Below, piece by piece: positions 1 to 10,982 of a stretch of DNA of 64,000 bases. A program made the translations under genes and the position numbers. Position 1 is the first letter of the stretch, and every line of letters begins with the position of its first letter. Source of the stretch: Trichosphaerium sp. ATCC 40318 (Eukaryota > Protista > Tubulinea); NCBI GenBank assembly GCA_038496445.1, contig JALMLS010000376.1, positions 186,001 through 250,000 of the forward strand, written 5' to 3'. Below the pieces are notes generated by a model. The model worked only from the letters and a program-made list of their open reading frames with translations. It did not search any database and was not told the origin of the DNA.

Positions 1-3000
1 ATACTATTGAATACGTACATCATAATTGACAAGTTTTACGTCCATGTCTAAGATCATGTGAAATAAGATAGCATGATATTTCATTCCGACTTTAAATATT
101 TGGTCATTGAACTCTTCTTGGCCTCTTTTTTCGAACGATACAGTACCATGTGATGACTCAAATAAAGGAATAGTTATTTCCCATGGAGTGAGTATGCAAT
201 AAGTTGGTCCATCTAAAGCAGAAAAGTCAGGTAATGTAAGTTTACCTTGGCGATAACTTACTCTTTGTTACAATGTCTGTACGATACATTTTGACTCCAT
301 TTGACATGTCTGATAGATCAACACGAAGAAGGCTAGGTATAGCAGTCTCATGCCTCTCCAGTTCGGGATCTAAAAGGGCAGGGAATGAATAAAGGAATGA
401 TCCATATAAATATACACTTACCAGCGGTGTTAAGGACTTTTCGATGAGCTCTATCGTACTTTCGAAAATCATCATCATCTATAAATGTAGGAACAATAGG
501 GGCAGTGACAGACTTTGGCACCAAGTGATTACTAAGCTCTCCTTCCGCATTTAGAACTACACATGCCGACAAGGCAGCATCTCTCTTTGCAATATCCTTA
601 TTCATCCGCGGTTTACCTTCGAAACTCCTACCGTTGGGTAGCTGAACTTGGCATACGAATCCTTTGGCTAACAATAATTTAGATATAGCCACAATGTGGC
701 TACACATTCATTGAAGCTAAAGAACACAATAATGTTTTTCTATAACGTACGTGTTTGAAAGTGGTTAAAAGACGGCTCCGAGCCCTTCCCATTTCCTCCT
801 ATTTTGAGTGTTTGACAGTATCGATGTATAAGCGGTACAACAGATTGCATTGTTAGCTTAGCGCCAGTTTCTTCTATCTAGAAAACAAGTTAGAATAAAA
901 TGATTCTACTTAACATTTGACAAAGCATGAATATAAGTTACCAAATATGGATCATCCAGAGGCTCGAAAGAGTGTTTATCAATACCATGAGAAGCATCAG
1001 CATCTTTCATTAAATTTTTTACATTCGTCTCACTAAAAGAACAAGAATTTAGATTACAACAACATTACTTGCCCACGTACGCAGTTTTAAGCTTCTCTAG
1101 AACGTTTCCATAAGCTGTATCCATTACAATATAACGTGACTGTTTGTGTCGTGCTCTAGAAAGTAAATAAGGATCAAGTACATGTACAATAACTCAATAC
1201 CTTCCACGAGATTGTATGTAAGATTTCAGAGTACTTATTCCATCAAACTGTACGACCAAACGTACTGGTTGTACATCAATACCTTCCTCTGCAACATTTG
1301 TAGCAACAAGAAGATTATAACTTCTATCAAGACCAAAAGTATTCACAACAAGGCTTTGGGCTGATACATTCATACCAGAAGATGATGTTTTACCTGTACC
1401 ATGTCCTACAAGAACAACAGGCTATAAAATAAGAATTAAATAAGAAAAAAAAGTCGAAAAAAAGAGGTGCTAACCTTGACACTGTTTCTGAGTTCTGGAA
1501 TCGCTTTTAAGAAAGCTGCCATGATATGTACAATAGCTCTCTGTTTAGCGAATACAATACCGCAGAATTGTTCACCAAGCCGTCTGCTAGAGTCAACAAG
1601 AATGCGAACTAGCGTTAGCAACTTTGGTGTACAAAACTCTCGCGGATCGATACCATCTTCAACTACAACAAAGTTACGTCCAGTGTGATAAAAAGTCAAC
1701 TAGTACACTGTGGATTGTTCGTTTTTGTGAATTCTCTTTCAACAGCTTTCAATAGTACTTTTAGCTTTAAAACACGCATCCTTGGCCTTCAAGTAATATC
1801 AGAATAGAAGTGATAATAAAATAAATTATTTTCATACGTCTTTCGATTGGTTGACACTACTTCCTGTAATCTTGTTACTTCTTGCTTAGCAAGCTTATAA
1901 GCACACCACAAACCTATGTTCGAAATGTAAGTTATCAGTACTGGTGTGTGACCAAGGCATACCAAGTTCTTGATTGACAACGGAGAATTGTCTGAGAAAA
2001 GTTGCAAGAGGTTGTCCCTTTGTTGCAGGCACTTTCATAGCCATACGACTAATTTTTTCTTGTTTTCTACATAAAACCATACCAGGAGTATCATAAGTCA
2101 CAAGCTCTGAATTCGTATTAGGTAAGGAAGAAAATCAAGAAAATCTCATTGTTTAACCTTCGTCCGGATGTGACACGTGTCTTTTAACCAACTCAGAATT
2201 TTTTGGTGTTATAGCCACAGCATCTATAGTAAATATGTTTGAGTATCTTTAACTGTTAAAAGGATCTCATACTTAGTGTAGCTTCTAAGACTTTCAATGT
2301 ACTATCTAAATCACTTTTGTCCAATGAACTAGAAGTGTCAATTCAAAAAAAAGAAAGCTAAATGTGCATGTTTTTTCAAAGAAAAAACATATTGATACCT
2401 TGATGCTTTGAGCCTTAGGAAAGGTGTAGCTGTCAACCCCAGTATCTTAGGACGTTCTGAACTTCTGTTCCTATCCTTTTTATGATAGTGATGCTTCATA
2501 ATAAGTGCATAAGGATGATGTTTTGTTGTGTGATGACATTCATCAAAAACTAGAACATTAACTATTTCGAACAATTAATTACATCACTGCCCACGTTTTA
2601 TATGCCACATACTGTTTGAAATCGAGAGGTATGCCCTGTTAAGCATATCATAGAGTATTTGAGGAGTCATTACGAGTACTTGGTTTTCAGCTACAACCTA
2701 TTTTTTATCAAAATAAGTTGTTTCAAAAAAAAGGTGTTTGCGCTTTGGCGCTTCAATCAGCGAAAGCCTAGCTTGGAATAATAGCTTACTCGTTGAATCA
2801 AGTGTTTCTTTTGCATATCAATCTTTCCACCGTGTAAAAAGTCAACACGCAGATTAGTTTGATGGCTAATGGCCCTATGCTGTTGTAATACGAGTGGTAT
2901 CGTTGTAACCTTGAATGTTATGTTAAATAGGGCTTTTAGAAAACAACGTACAGTAAAGACGCTACATTTTTCGCTATTAGCGTCTGTACGTTCCCACACG

Positions 3001-3188
3001 TCGGCAATCACGCGAGAACCGATTAGTGTTTTGCCTTTACGATTAAATCAACTTGTTTAAGCTCAATTATTTTACAAACCTGCTCCAGTGTCTAATACGC
3101 ATATAACATTACGAGTTCGAGCTATTTTAACGATTTCCCTCTGATATTCACGCAATTCAAGCCCAGCTCCTCCATTAGGCTCAGCCAT
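1..3188 (-). CDS. Dicer-like protein, 5' part (DExD/H helicase, helicase C, dimerisation dsRBD/DUF283, start of platform); continues beyond position 1
   Basis: Spliced translation MAEPNGGAGLELREYQREIVKIARTRNVICVLDTGAGKTLI, VMTPQIL, LVFDECHH, ILGLTATP, LLVATNVAEEGIDV, SYIQSRGRAR, GAKLTMQSVVPLIHRYCQTL...AKRDAALSACVVLNAEGELSNHLVP. RNase III domains would lie outside the window. Confidence 0.85.
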
Positions 3189-3347
3189 ATACTATTCTAC
3201 GATAACCTGTTGTTGCTCGTATTTTGAAGGCGTATTCTGCTCCAGATTTTGTCTCTGAGAGCTAAAAAAGGCCTACCATGACTTAAACCATAAAAAAAAT
3301 CACTTTTCGGTTAAAACAATCATTGTTCGTTTATTCTTGGCTACTCA

Positions 3348-4672
3348 TCATTTCATATAGAGGTTTGATAGTACAGAAGCCTTATCTGAGGAGTGGGCGT
3401 ATTGTGCGCCTTTCATGACAGCTTGAAAGTGAGTGCCAACATATTCATTCTTTTCAATCTCTGCATCTCCCCAAGTAGGCCAACGTGTAGTGGACCAATC
3501 CCAGTTGATGTAACAAAATGCCTTAAACAAAACACAAATGAATCAAGGCGGATACGGAGTTTCTCTCACCTTAATGCCATTTGCAGGGTCTGCAATCAGT
3601 TTGTTGAAATACGGATCATACCACTTATTCCAACTTGGTTCTCCACCTGTTGCACCAATATTCCTTGGAGTGGATTCTCCTAAATACTGTGTAATCATAG
3701 GGTATGTTAATGAGCATACCAAGCATTATTGGAAACCCACGTGATTTTCCTAACATTGTTATTGTTGTTAATCTCTTTTCAGTACCTTCTTGTGCAAACT
3801 TTGTTACAAGTTCGGATGCTGGCCCAGATTTACCACTGAATATATTGACTACAATATCATTAAAAAGGTTTGTATGCAAGGCATGCCTCCCCACCAATCT
3901 ACAACTGAATCGCCTGGATACCATTCTGTATAGTTTAATCTCTCAGCTGAGGCGTCAGTTGAGTAATCCCATACAGTTGCAATCCATTTACCTTTGTTGT
4001 TTACTGTAAGTAAGGTGAACAGTAGATTAACATACTAGCTGTCGTATCCTGCCTGATGAATTGAGTGATACGCTGATAAGCTTTTTGATAATCGCCTAAC
4101 ACTGTTAGGAATAAGGAATCCTCTAAAATGTACTCACCTGGTTGGTAATTATTCCATTCTCCATTAAACTCATAACCTATCCTAATCCAAAATGGTCTTT
4201 GAATCTTTCCTATTTCAGCAATTAAGGATTTGATATTAGAGTCGAGTTTTCCAGAAGCGATCTTAGAGAAGCAGTTAACGGCTTGTGTTTAATAATAATA
4301 ACAAAATTGCCTGTGAGTCCAAGCCGCTGAACCATAGGCCTAACTGTACGCCAATGAATTGATTAGGACCGTAAGAAGATAGTATCTTCTCCAACGCTCC
4401 AAACCAAGGCGCCACATTATTAACAGGGGTATTAGCGGGTAGGTAGACCATGAAAATTAGTGGCCTTGTGTCATTTGCTAAATAATTTGAGTAGCCTTGA
4501 AAACCGCCAGCTCCCCTAGTGAAACGTGATTACTTCTCAAAAAACGTGCGTACGAAAAGTCTGAATTTGCCTGTCCTGCGCAGTGAAGGGTTTTACCATT
4601 AATTGCTTCAAGCCTACGAATACTAAAGACACTCACTAAAAATAAGCTCGCAACAAGCAATACAAAGCGCAT
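3348..4672 (-). CDS. Secreted glycoside hydrolase family 26 (beta-1,3-xylanase/mannanase-like)
   Basis: Signal peptide MRFVLLVASLFLVSVFS; spliced motifs RPFWIRIGYEFNGEWN, WYPGDSVVDWWGVNIF, PIMLGESTP, IKAFCYINWDW...WGDAEIE. The model needs two GC-AG introns. Confidence 0.8.
3849..3886 (-). other. GC-AG intron (GH26 gene)
   Basis: GGAG|gcatgc...ttgtag|TC restores DWWGVNIF; read-through hits TAG and there is no usable GT donor. Confidence 0.8.
4262..4310 (-). other. GC-AG intron (GH26 gene)
   Basis: CAG|gcaatt...ctctaag|ATC restores DSQIASGKLD; read-through hits TAA and the internal GT has the wrong phase. Confidence 0.75.
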
Positions 4673-4807
4673 GTGAAATCGAGGTATAGAAATTGCATTG
4701 ACCTTTTTCATGCAATTCCACGTGTTTCCACCTGGTAAAAATAATGTTGGAGAACGCAAACAGATTTTTACTGTAAGTAAAACTATCCATAAGAGGGAAC
4801 ATGACGT

Positions 4808-5266
4808 TTATTGACAAGACATTGATGGCAAAGCTGGTTGAACTCTACTCCAAAATGATATGATTCTTTTTAGTGCAAACATTGCTTCTTTATCATCTTG
4901 AGAGTCCATTACATGAGGAGCTAATGATTGAGCTCGTAGTCTATTTTCACATGGACGCCTATGAATGCTGTATACATATGTACCAAGAGGTTGAGTGCTT
5001 CGATTACCAATAACATGTTTGAAGTATACATCATTTGCTTTGCGATAGTTTCGTTCAAATATACATCGTACTACAGCCCTTGTTGTGCTCATTATTGATA
5101 CAGGAAGTGTTCCTTGTTGATGTCGTTGTATCATATCTTGTACGGCAGCCAATACCTTGGTGTAGATAGCTTGGTTTGTATCGTGGTATTTATTCTTCCA
5201 AACGATCATGGAGTTTGCTAGGAAAGCCAAGGAGGGATCCAAGTTTGTCGGAAGCGTAAAAGGCAA
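4808..5266 (-). CDS. Divergent Prp18-domain (second-step splicing factor-like) protein; start uncertain, with a possible small 5' exon near 5379
   Basis: GTLPVSIMSTTRAVVRCIFERNYRKANDVYFKHVIGNRSTQPLGTYVYSIHRR...HVMDSQDDKEAMFALKRIISFWSRVQPALPS aligns by eye with the Prp18 helical bundle (LP..I...R.Y.KAND.Y...IGN..WPIGVT.VGIH.R...HV+.D....LKR+++....P..PS). Confidence 0.75.
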   Translation of the reverse strand: MPFTLPTNLDPSLAFLANSMIVWKNKYHDTNQAIYTKVLAAVQDMIQRHQQGTLPVSIMSTTRAVVRCIFERNYRKANDVYFKHVIGNRSTQPLGTYVYSIHRRPCENRLRAQSLAPHVMDSQDDKEAMFALKRIISFWSRVQPALPSMSCQ

Positions 5267-5572
5267 TGACGTCTCATTACTGTATGGCTAAGGAGCGTTC
5301 GGTTAGTTGTCGTTGAAGGCTACATGATTTATCGAATACAAAAAGCAAGTGCAGGTACGTACAGTATAGTAGTAGCCATGCTTGTGTTGTTGATGCCGTT
5401 GAAATTGAAAATGTTTGAAAAAGTAAGCGTCGTTGAGAAAAAGCATTGCAAAGTATTTGATTCTGTGAAAAATGCTTGTTTCCAACTGATTGCTTTTAAA
5501 GGTTTCTCTTTATTTTCACGGTGAATTCAGTTTATTTACATAGCACTCTCCATTGTAGTGCTTATTATTTTT

Positions 5573-8500
5573 TTAATAGTAGTACTCTGGCCAATGTTTC
5601 TTTCCGATTGTTGTCTTAGAAGATCGAATAAACAGTTTTTCAGCTTCTTCATGTTGACCTTTCTCTGTTAACAGGTTACCATAACAATGAAGACATCCAG
5701 GATTATTAGGATCAGCTTCAAGAGACTGCAAATAGTAATCTTCAGCACCATCAAGTCTACCACAGTGCTCCAGAAATTGAGCATATCTGAAGAGAGAAAA
5801 CGCATCTAAACCAAAAGTAAACAAAAAAAAGCAAGACACTAAAAATGAAGGGTATAAATCGTACCGTATTTAGGATCAGCTGAAATAGCACGAAGTGAGT
5901 ACTCTTCTGCCTTCTTAACTTTTGGATCGTGACGATTAAACTTGGCATTTGTGTCGCTGTAATCTTCTTCTATCCATAAAATCCAAGTGAGAGCTATACT
6001 CAATAATATCTATTGCGATAAAAAGTTAGCTATGCCTTACTTAACATATACCGCTTTGTACCTCTTTATTGTTTGGATCAGAGTTCAGAGCTTCACCAAA
6101 TTTCTCAATAGCTACTTCGTAGAATTTCTTGGAGGTTCCTGGGTCTTCAACACGAATACCCATACCCTTAATATGATAGAAGAATCCCTGTGCGTGAGCA
6201 ATAATGTTCATGTGTTTAACACGTTCACCAATTTCTTCAAGGTCTTTTCACGTGTTAATAATTGAATCATCACATGTGTAAATCACGTGCCTGTATCATC
6301 AAATGGCTCTTCTGAACCAAAATTATAGTACCGCTCCATAAAAGAAAAGCCCATGTACTTAGTAGTCTAATACTAATTAAACTGAGAACTGTGTTGTTCT
6401 AGAATACCTTATAAAATAAAAGCTCCATGAATGGTGTGTCCAGCTGGCCGTTAAACCTAGGCTTCAAATGTTGGCCTTCGCCAATTTCATCAGGAGATAG
6501 CGCCTAGTATGTAGATTTAGGAAGAGAAAATAATAGGGCTTTGAAGTACTTCTTCAAAATTGACTTTAATATCTTTAGTTAACCATTCATCCCAATATCT
6601 ATCCGAGTCTGGTGAATCAGAAAAAACAAGGTTGTAGTAATCTATAACAAGACGCCTTTTACGAAAGTAAGGAAACAAATGTAATACTGAAATTAATACC
6701 TGTATGGTTCCTCAAGAGGTAACTTGAGTTGTTTCATTTTTTCTCGTAATTTGAATCTCAAATTATTCTTAATAACACGTGCCAAAATCTCAATTAGTAG
6801 AATAGACCTAAACTCAGAATCCGCCATGCGCTTCCTCAACAGGCCTAAGAAAATCAGGAGGCTAATATTTTTAATTACGACGACATACCAAGATGTCGAC
6901 AATTGACTCCTTGACTGTGAATAGTCTCTGTTAGACGAAACCTACTTAAATCCAAAGAGTTTCTTGCACTTGTCATCAATAACTCTAAATACTTTGCAAC
7001 ATTATTCAACAATACATCTCTATAATATGTTGTAGCTTCTCTAAGAGTAGCATTATATTCCTTTTCTCCTTCAACATCTATTTATTGATTATTAATTAAT
7101 TTTTTTCGCAAACGCGTAATCTCTAAGAACGCACTTTTTATGAACCCACTGAAACCATCAGAGCAAAGAGCTCTAGAATAATTTTGAACAAATTCTGGTC
7201 TAAACAACCGAGACAAATGAGAGTTCTTAAAACTAGAACACTGTTAGATATATCAACAATTAAACAACATTACTAAGTACTTTTTGTCTGGTGTCATAGG
7301 AGGCAATACACGACCAAAGTCAAGCAAGTAGTATCTGCCATCTCTACCACGGTGACCCTCTAAAAGTAATGTTAGTTAACCTGACCTGTCTAATGAGGTT
7401 TAACATACCTAAATCAGCTGGAGAATGCATAAGCACGACAGGTCGATCATCTTCTTGAGGAGACAATGGTCTACCAATTGGGTGATCCAAGCCAACCTAT
7501 AAAGGATAATTAAACAATAGAATGGTCATTACGAAATCACACATACTCTGCATGAATGTGGTTTTAAGTTTATCATTTTTGCCGCTTGTGACATTAAACT
7601 ATTAAAATCCTCATCTATAGCATGAACAGTATGTCCCGCATCACTATTAAAGAAAGAATTAGAACAAACATCCTATAATTAAAAACAAATACATACCAAC
7701 TTCCATAAATGATTGTATCTTCATCAACAGGAAGTATACTCATGGCAATCAAACGAAAACCTTTAAAAAGAAAAAAACATTTTAACAAAACATAAATCAC
7801 GTGTCACAAGTTCCTACCTCTGTAATCGACTAACGCCATCAATGGTACATTAAGATTAGGTATACCACAGTTAAAGTAACTAATAAGTCCTCTTAACTCA
7901 TTACCAGCTACCTTTGCTGCAGTATAATCATTTCCAAACAACCCATTGTAATCAACAGCGAATTTAAACAAAATGTTATGTACAATGTACTTTTGACCAC
8001 CCATGTACTATAAACAAACTGTCTAAGCATAATGCACATACAATGTTAGTATATCCCGTACACCAGGTAGATTTGATCTTGGTTTGATTGTCTTTTGAGA
8101 AACATCAAGATAGTACTCTGAGATGATAATCTTTCCATATGTTGTCGCAGCGTATATGAAATCTTGCGCCAAGTGCATCAAATTCAGATTTGTTTCAATC
8201 CTATCAGCTAGTGGCGTAGCTAGAAATAAAAACATCAACGATTTGGAATTATGTACATAAAAAGGTCAAAAGTACCTTGACTAAAATTCCGAATTCGGTA
8301 AGTACAACTCTATAGCGAAGTGAGTGAGGCCTACGCGCTATGTATTCACTACCTGAAACCTTCTATTCCAATCTCCTAGTCGATTGACATCAACATCATT
8401 ATCTCTCTTAGAGTATTGAGCATCTAAAGATGAGTCAGACGGAGTTTTTATTGAAATGGCAAAAAGTTCGGAACCTGCGTCGGGACTCGGTAAATAAGAT

Positions 8501-9055
8501 GAGTATCCCTTGTATTTGTTTCTTATATACGATTCCATTGGTCTACCGACCATGTCATAGTAATTATACAATTTCAGTTTTTTCTGACGCGTTCTTGATG
8601 CAAAGTTCCTCTTCTTGATTCGTGGACTTGATGGAACATCATCGTCCCACTCTGGTACGTTTTTACCGTTCTAAAACTGTAAATTGTTTGACGACCTTGC
8701 AAACGCGACGTACTTGTTCCATCGGATCTTGAACGGGCTTTACAGGGGAGCTGAGGATTTTTGCGCGCCTGTCGATAAATTTATTAACTACTGCTTTCTT
8801 CACCTCCTCTTCTTCGCTCTGCTCCAAGGTTTGTCGTTCATCAGATACATCGAAAGAACCTGAAGCCTAATGAAAACGTTTCAACTGCTGTTTTTAAAAT
8901 TTACTTGAAACCTGTAGTAAATTATCCTCAACATCTGCTCTGTGCGTCCAATAGTAGTAATAAGCTGCTAAAAGTACAGCAGATCCTGTACCGACTAGCA
9001 GCGCTAATATAGATGCCTTTATAACATTTGCAGGCGTTGACGAACTACGTTGCAT
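5573..9055 (-). CDS. Clu-domain protein with N-terminal hydrophobic anchor and C-terminal TPR
   Basis: Spliced motifs DFIYAATTYGKIIISE, GGQKYIVHNILFKFAVD, PLMALVDYRGFRLIAMS, DLEGHRGRDGRYYLLDFGRVLPP, LFRPEFV, HSQGVNCRHLG, RVKHMNII; TPR YAQFLEHCG...LEADPNN. Confidence 0.85.
6244..6290 (-). other. GC-AG intron (Clu-domain gene)
   Basis: ACAG|gcacgt...gaaaag|AC restores PFDDTDLEEIGERVKH; read-through gives TGA. Confidence 0.8.
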
Positions 9056-9136
9056 GCTTTGACATGAACTGATCGCTAAAGTTAGCGAAAACGATCATAA
9101 TCAGTCAGCGCCAGTTTGTTAATTTAAATAAGTAAC

Positions 9137-10780
9137 ATGCTCTGGTCATCGCGTTACGTATTTCTAGCGGTATTTTTGGTGTACGTTGCGTCAAAAGGTA
9201 CCGTTACGCAAAGAAAGCTCGTGACAGAAAAAGTTACATACAAATCAATATTGAAAGAGCACAGCGCTTACTCAGTAAGCCAGGCCCGGAAAAAGACTTT
9301 TAAAAATGATGTACTGGCCTACGTTACCCCATGGTATTGTTTACCCATTTAAACGTTCACTTTTAATAGTCAAAAGGAACTCAGGCGGCTACGACGCCGC
9401 TAAGAAGTTTGCAGGCAAACTTGACTACATATCGCCTGTGTGGTATCAAATCAAGCTGTCGAAGTACGCAATACTCATTCTATCTATTATAACTCGTAAA
9501 GGAAGGACGGGATAACGCTAACAGGTCTGAGCCAAGCATTCAAAAATTTGATTTGACCACAACGTGACAACACCTCGTAGGCGAACATGATGTTGACCAA
9601 GACTGGATAAAAGCAGTTAGAGAAAACTCAGACCCGGAGCGTCCAAGCAAGATAGTGCCAAGGTATCACGTGCTAAGTTTAGTTTTTTTTCAAGGTTTTT
9701 TAACCAGTCAAGAAAAGATTCTTGTTTGATGGTTGGGAGCAGCCTCACTATCAACAACTGCTCAAGAGTGATGACAATAAAAAAGTAGATGCTCTCATAT
9801 CACTCTTGCTTCGTGAGTGCAAGTGCGTGTGCGCAAAATTACCAATCAAGTAACCTTCACTTTTCTTAGACAGCAATTTTTTGATGGCCTAGTTCTAGAC
9901 GCCAGCTATTTTCAACCTGGACCTCTGAAAAAGGAGTGGCACTCCTTTTTATCTTCTCTCGGTGACAAGCTATCTAGTTACCAACTAAAGTTCGTATTAG
10001 TTGTACCTGTATGTCTCCACTTCGAGTAACAGTTTGTTTACTTTTTTCTTCATAGCCACATCCTCAAATATTTTCAAAAGATGACTTCGCTTCTCTTCAC
10101 TCGCATGTGGATATGTTTTCGGTGATGACATATGACTTTAGCAACCCTTCAAGGTTTGTAATAACGTAAAACAACTTGGTATTAATATAGCGGTAGACCG
10201 GGTCCTTCATCACCTACTCAGTGGATAGTACAAACTGTACTTTCTTTGCTCGGTCAAAAGCAACGTACAGCAGAAAAGGCGAAAAAACTAGCTATGGGAA
10301 TCAACTTCTACGGCAATGATTTTATTAAACCTCAAGGAGGAGGTGCTATTGTTAACTCTCAGTACCTTGATCTGATAAAAGCTCAAAAACCAAAGTGCGT
10401 CTATACCATACGTTACCAAGTATTAACAATCTATTTGCACAGGATCAAGTGGGACTCTGAGGTTGAGGAGCATTTTTTCGAGTACAAAAAGAAGTCAAGC
10501 CCTCAAAAGCATATTGTGTACTTCCCAACTCTATTTGTAAGTTTCCTCATCAAAGTTCCGCTTCATTGTTTGTTATTAACGTGTATATAGTACATAAAGA
10601 AGAGACTAGAACTCGCTGAATCTATGGGCACGTCCATCAGCATTTGGGAGCTAGGCCAGGTTCGCACTTTATCATTTTTAACCTACTAACACTTGTGGCT
10701 TTAACAAAAAACCAAACATTACTTCGCATTTTTGTGCTAAGTCATCTTAGGGACTGGACTATTGGTTTGATTTATTTTGA
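9137..10780 (+). CDS. CHID1: Chitinase domain-containing protein 1 (GH18-like, SI-CLP family)
   Basis: Signal peptide; VLAYVTPWNSGGYD, ISPVWYQ, HDVDQDW, FDGLVLD, VMTYDFS, GINFYGND, WDSEVEEHFFEY, YFPTL, SIWELGQGLDYWFDLF*. Confidence 0.9.
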
Positions 10781-10982
10781 TATCCTCACGTTGTAGAAGT
10801 GGTGTTAATTTAACAACTCGTATTAAAGTCGTAACAAAGGCCCTAGCTCACGTTACATTATTTGATCAAGTTTTCGGCTTTTTTTTTGAGTGACTTTAGT
10901 ATTCACTGATCTGATGCTACCTTCAGTCAATTAAGTAAGTCTGTCTGCCTGTTTTCCACTGAGATTACGTTAACCAACTGAG

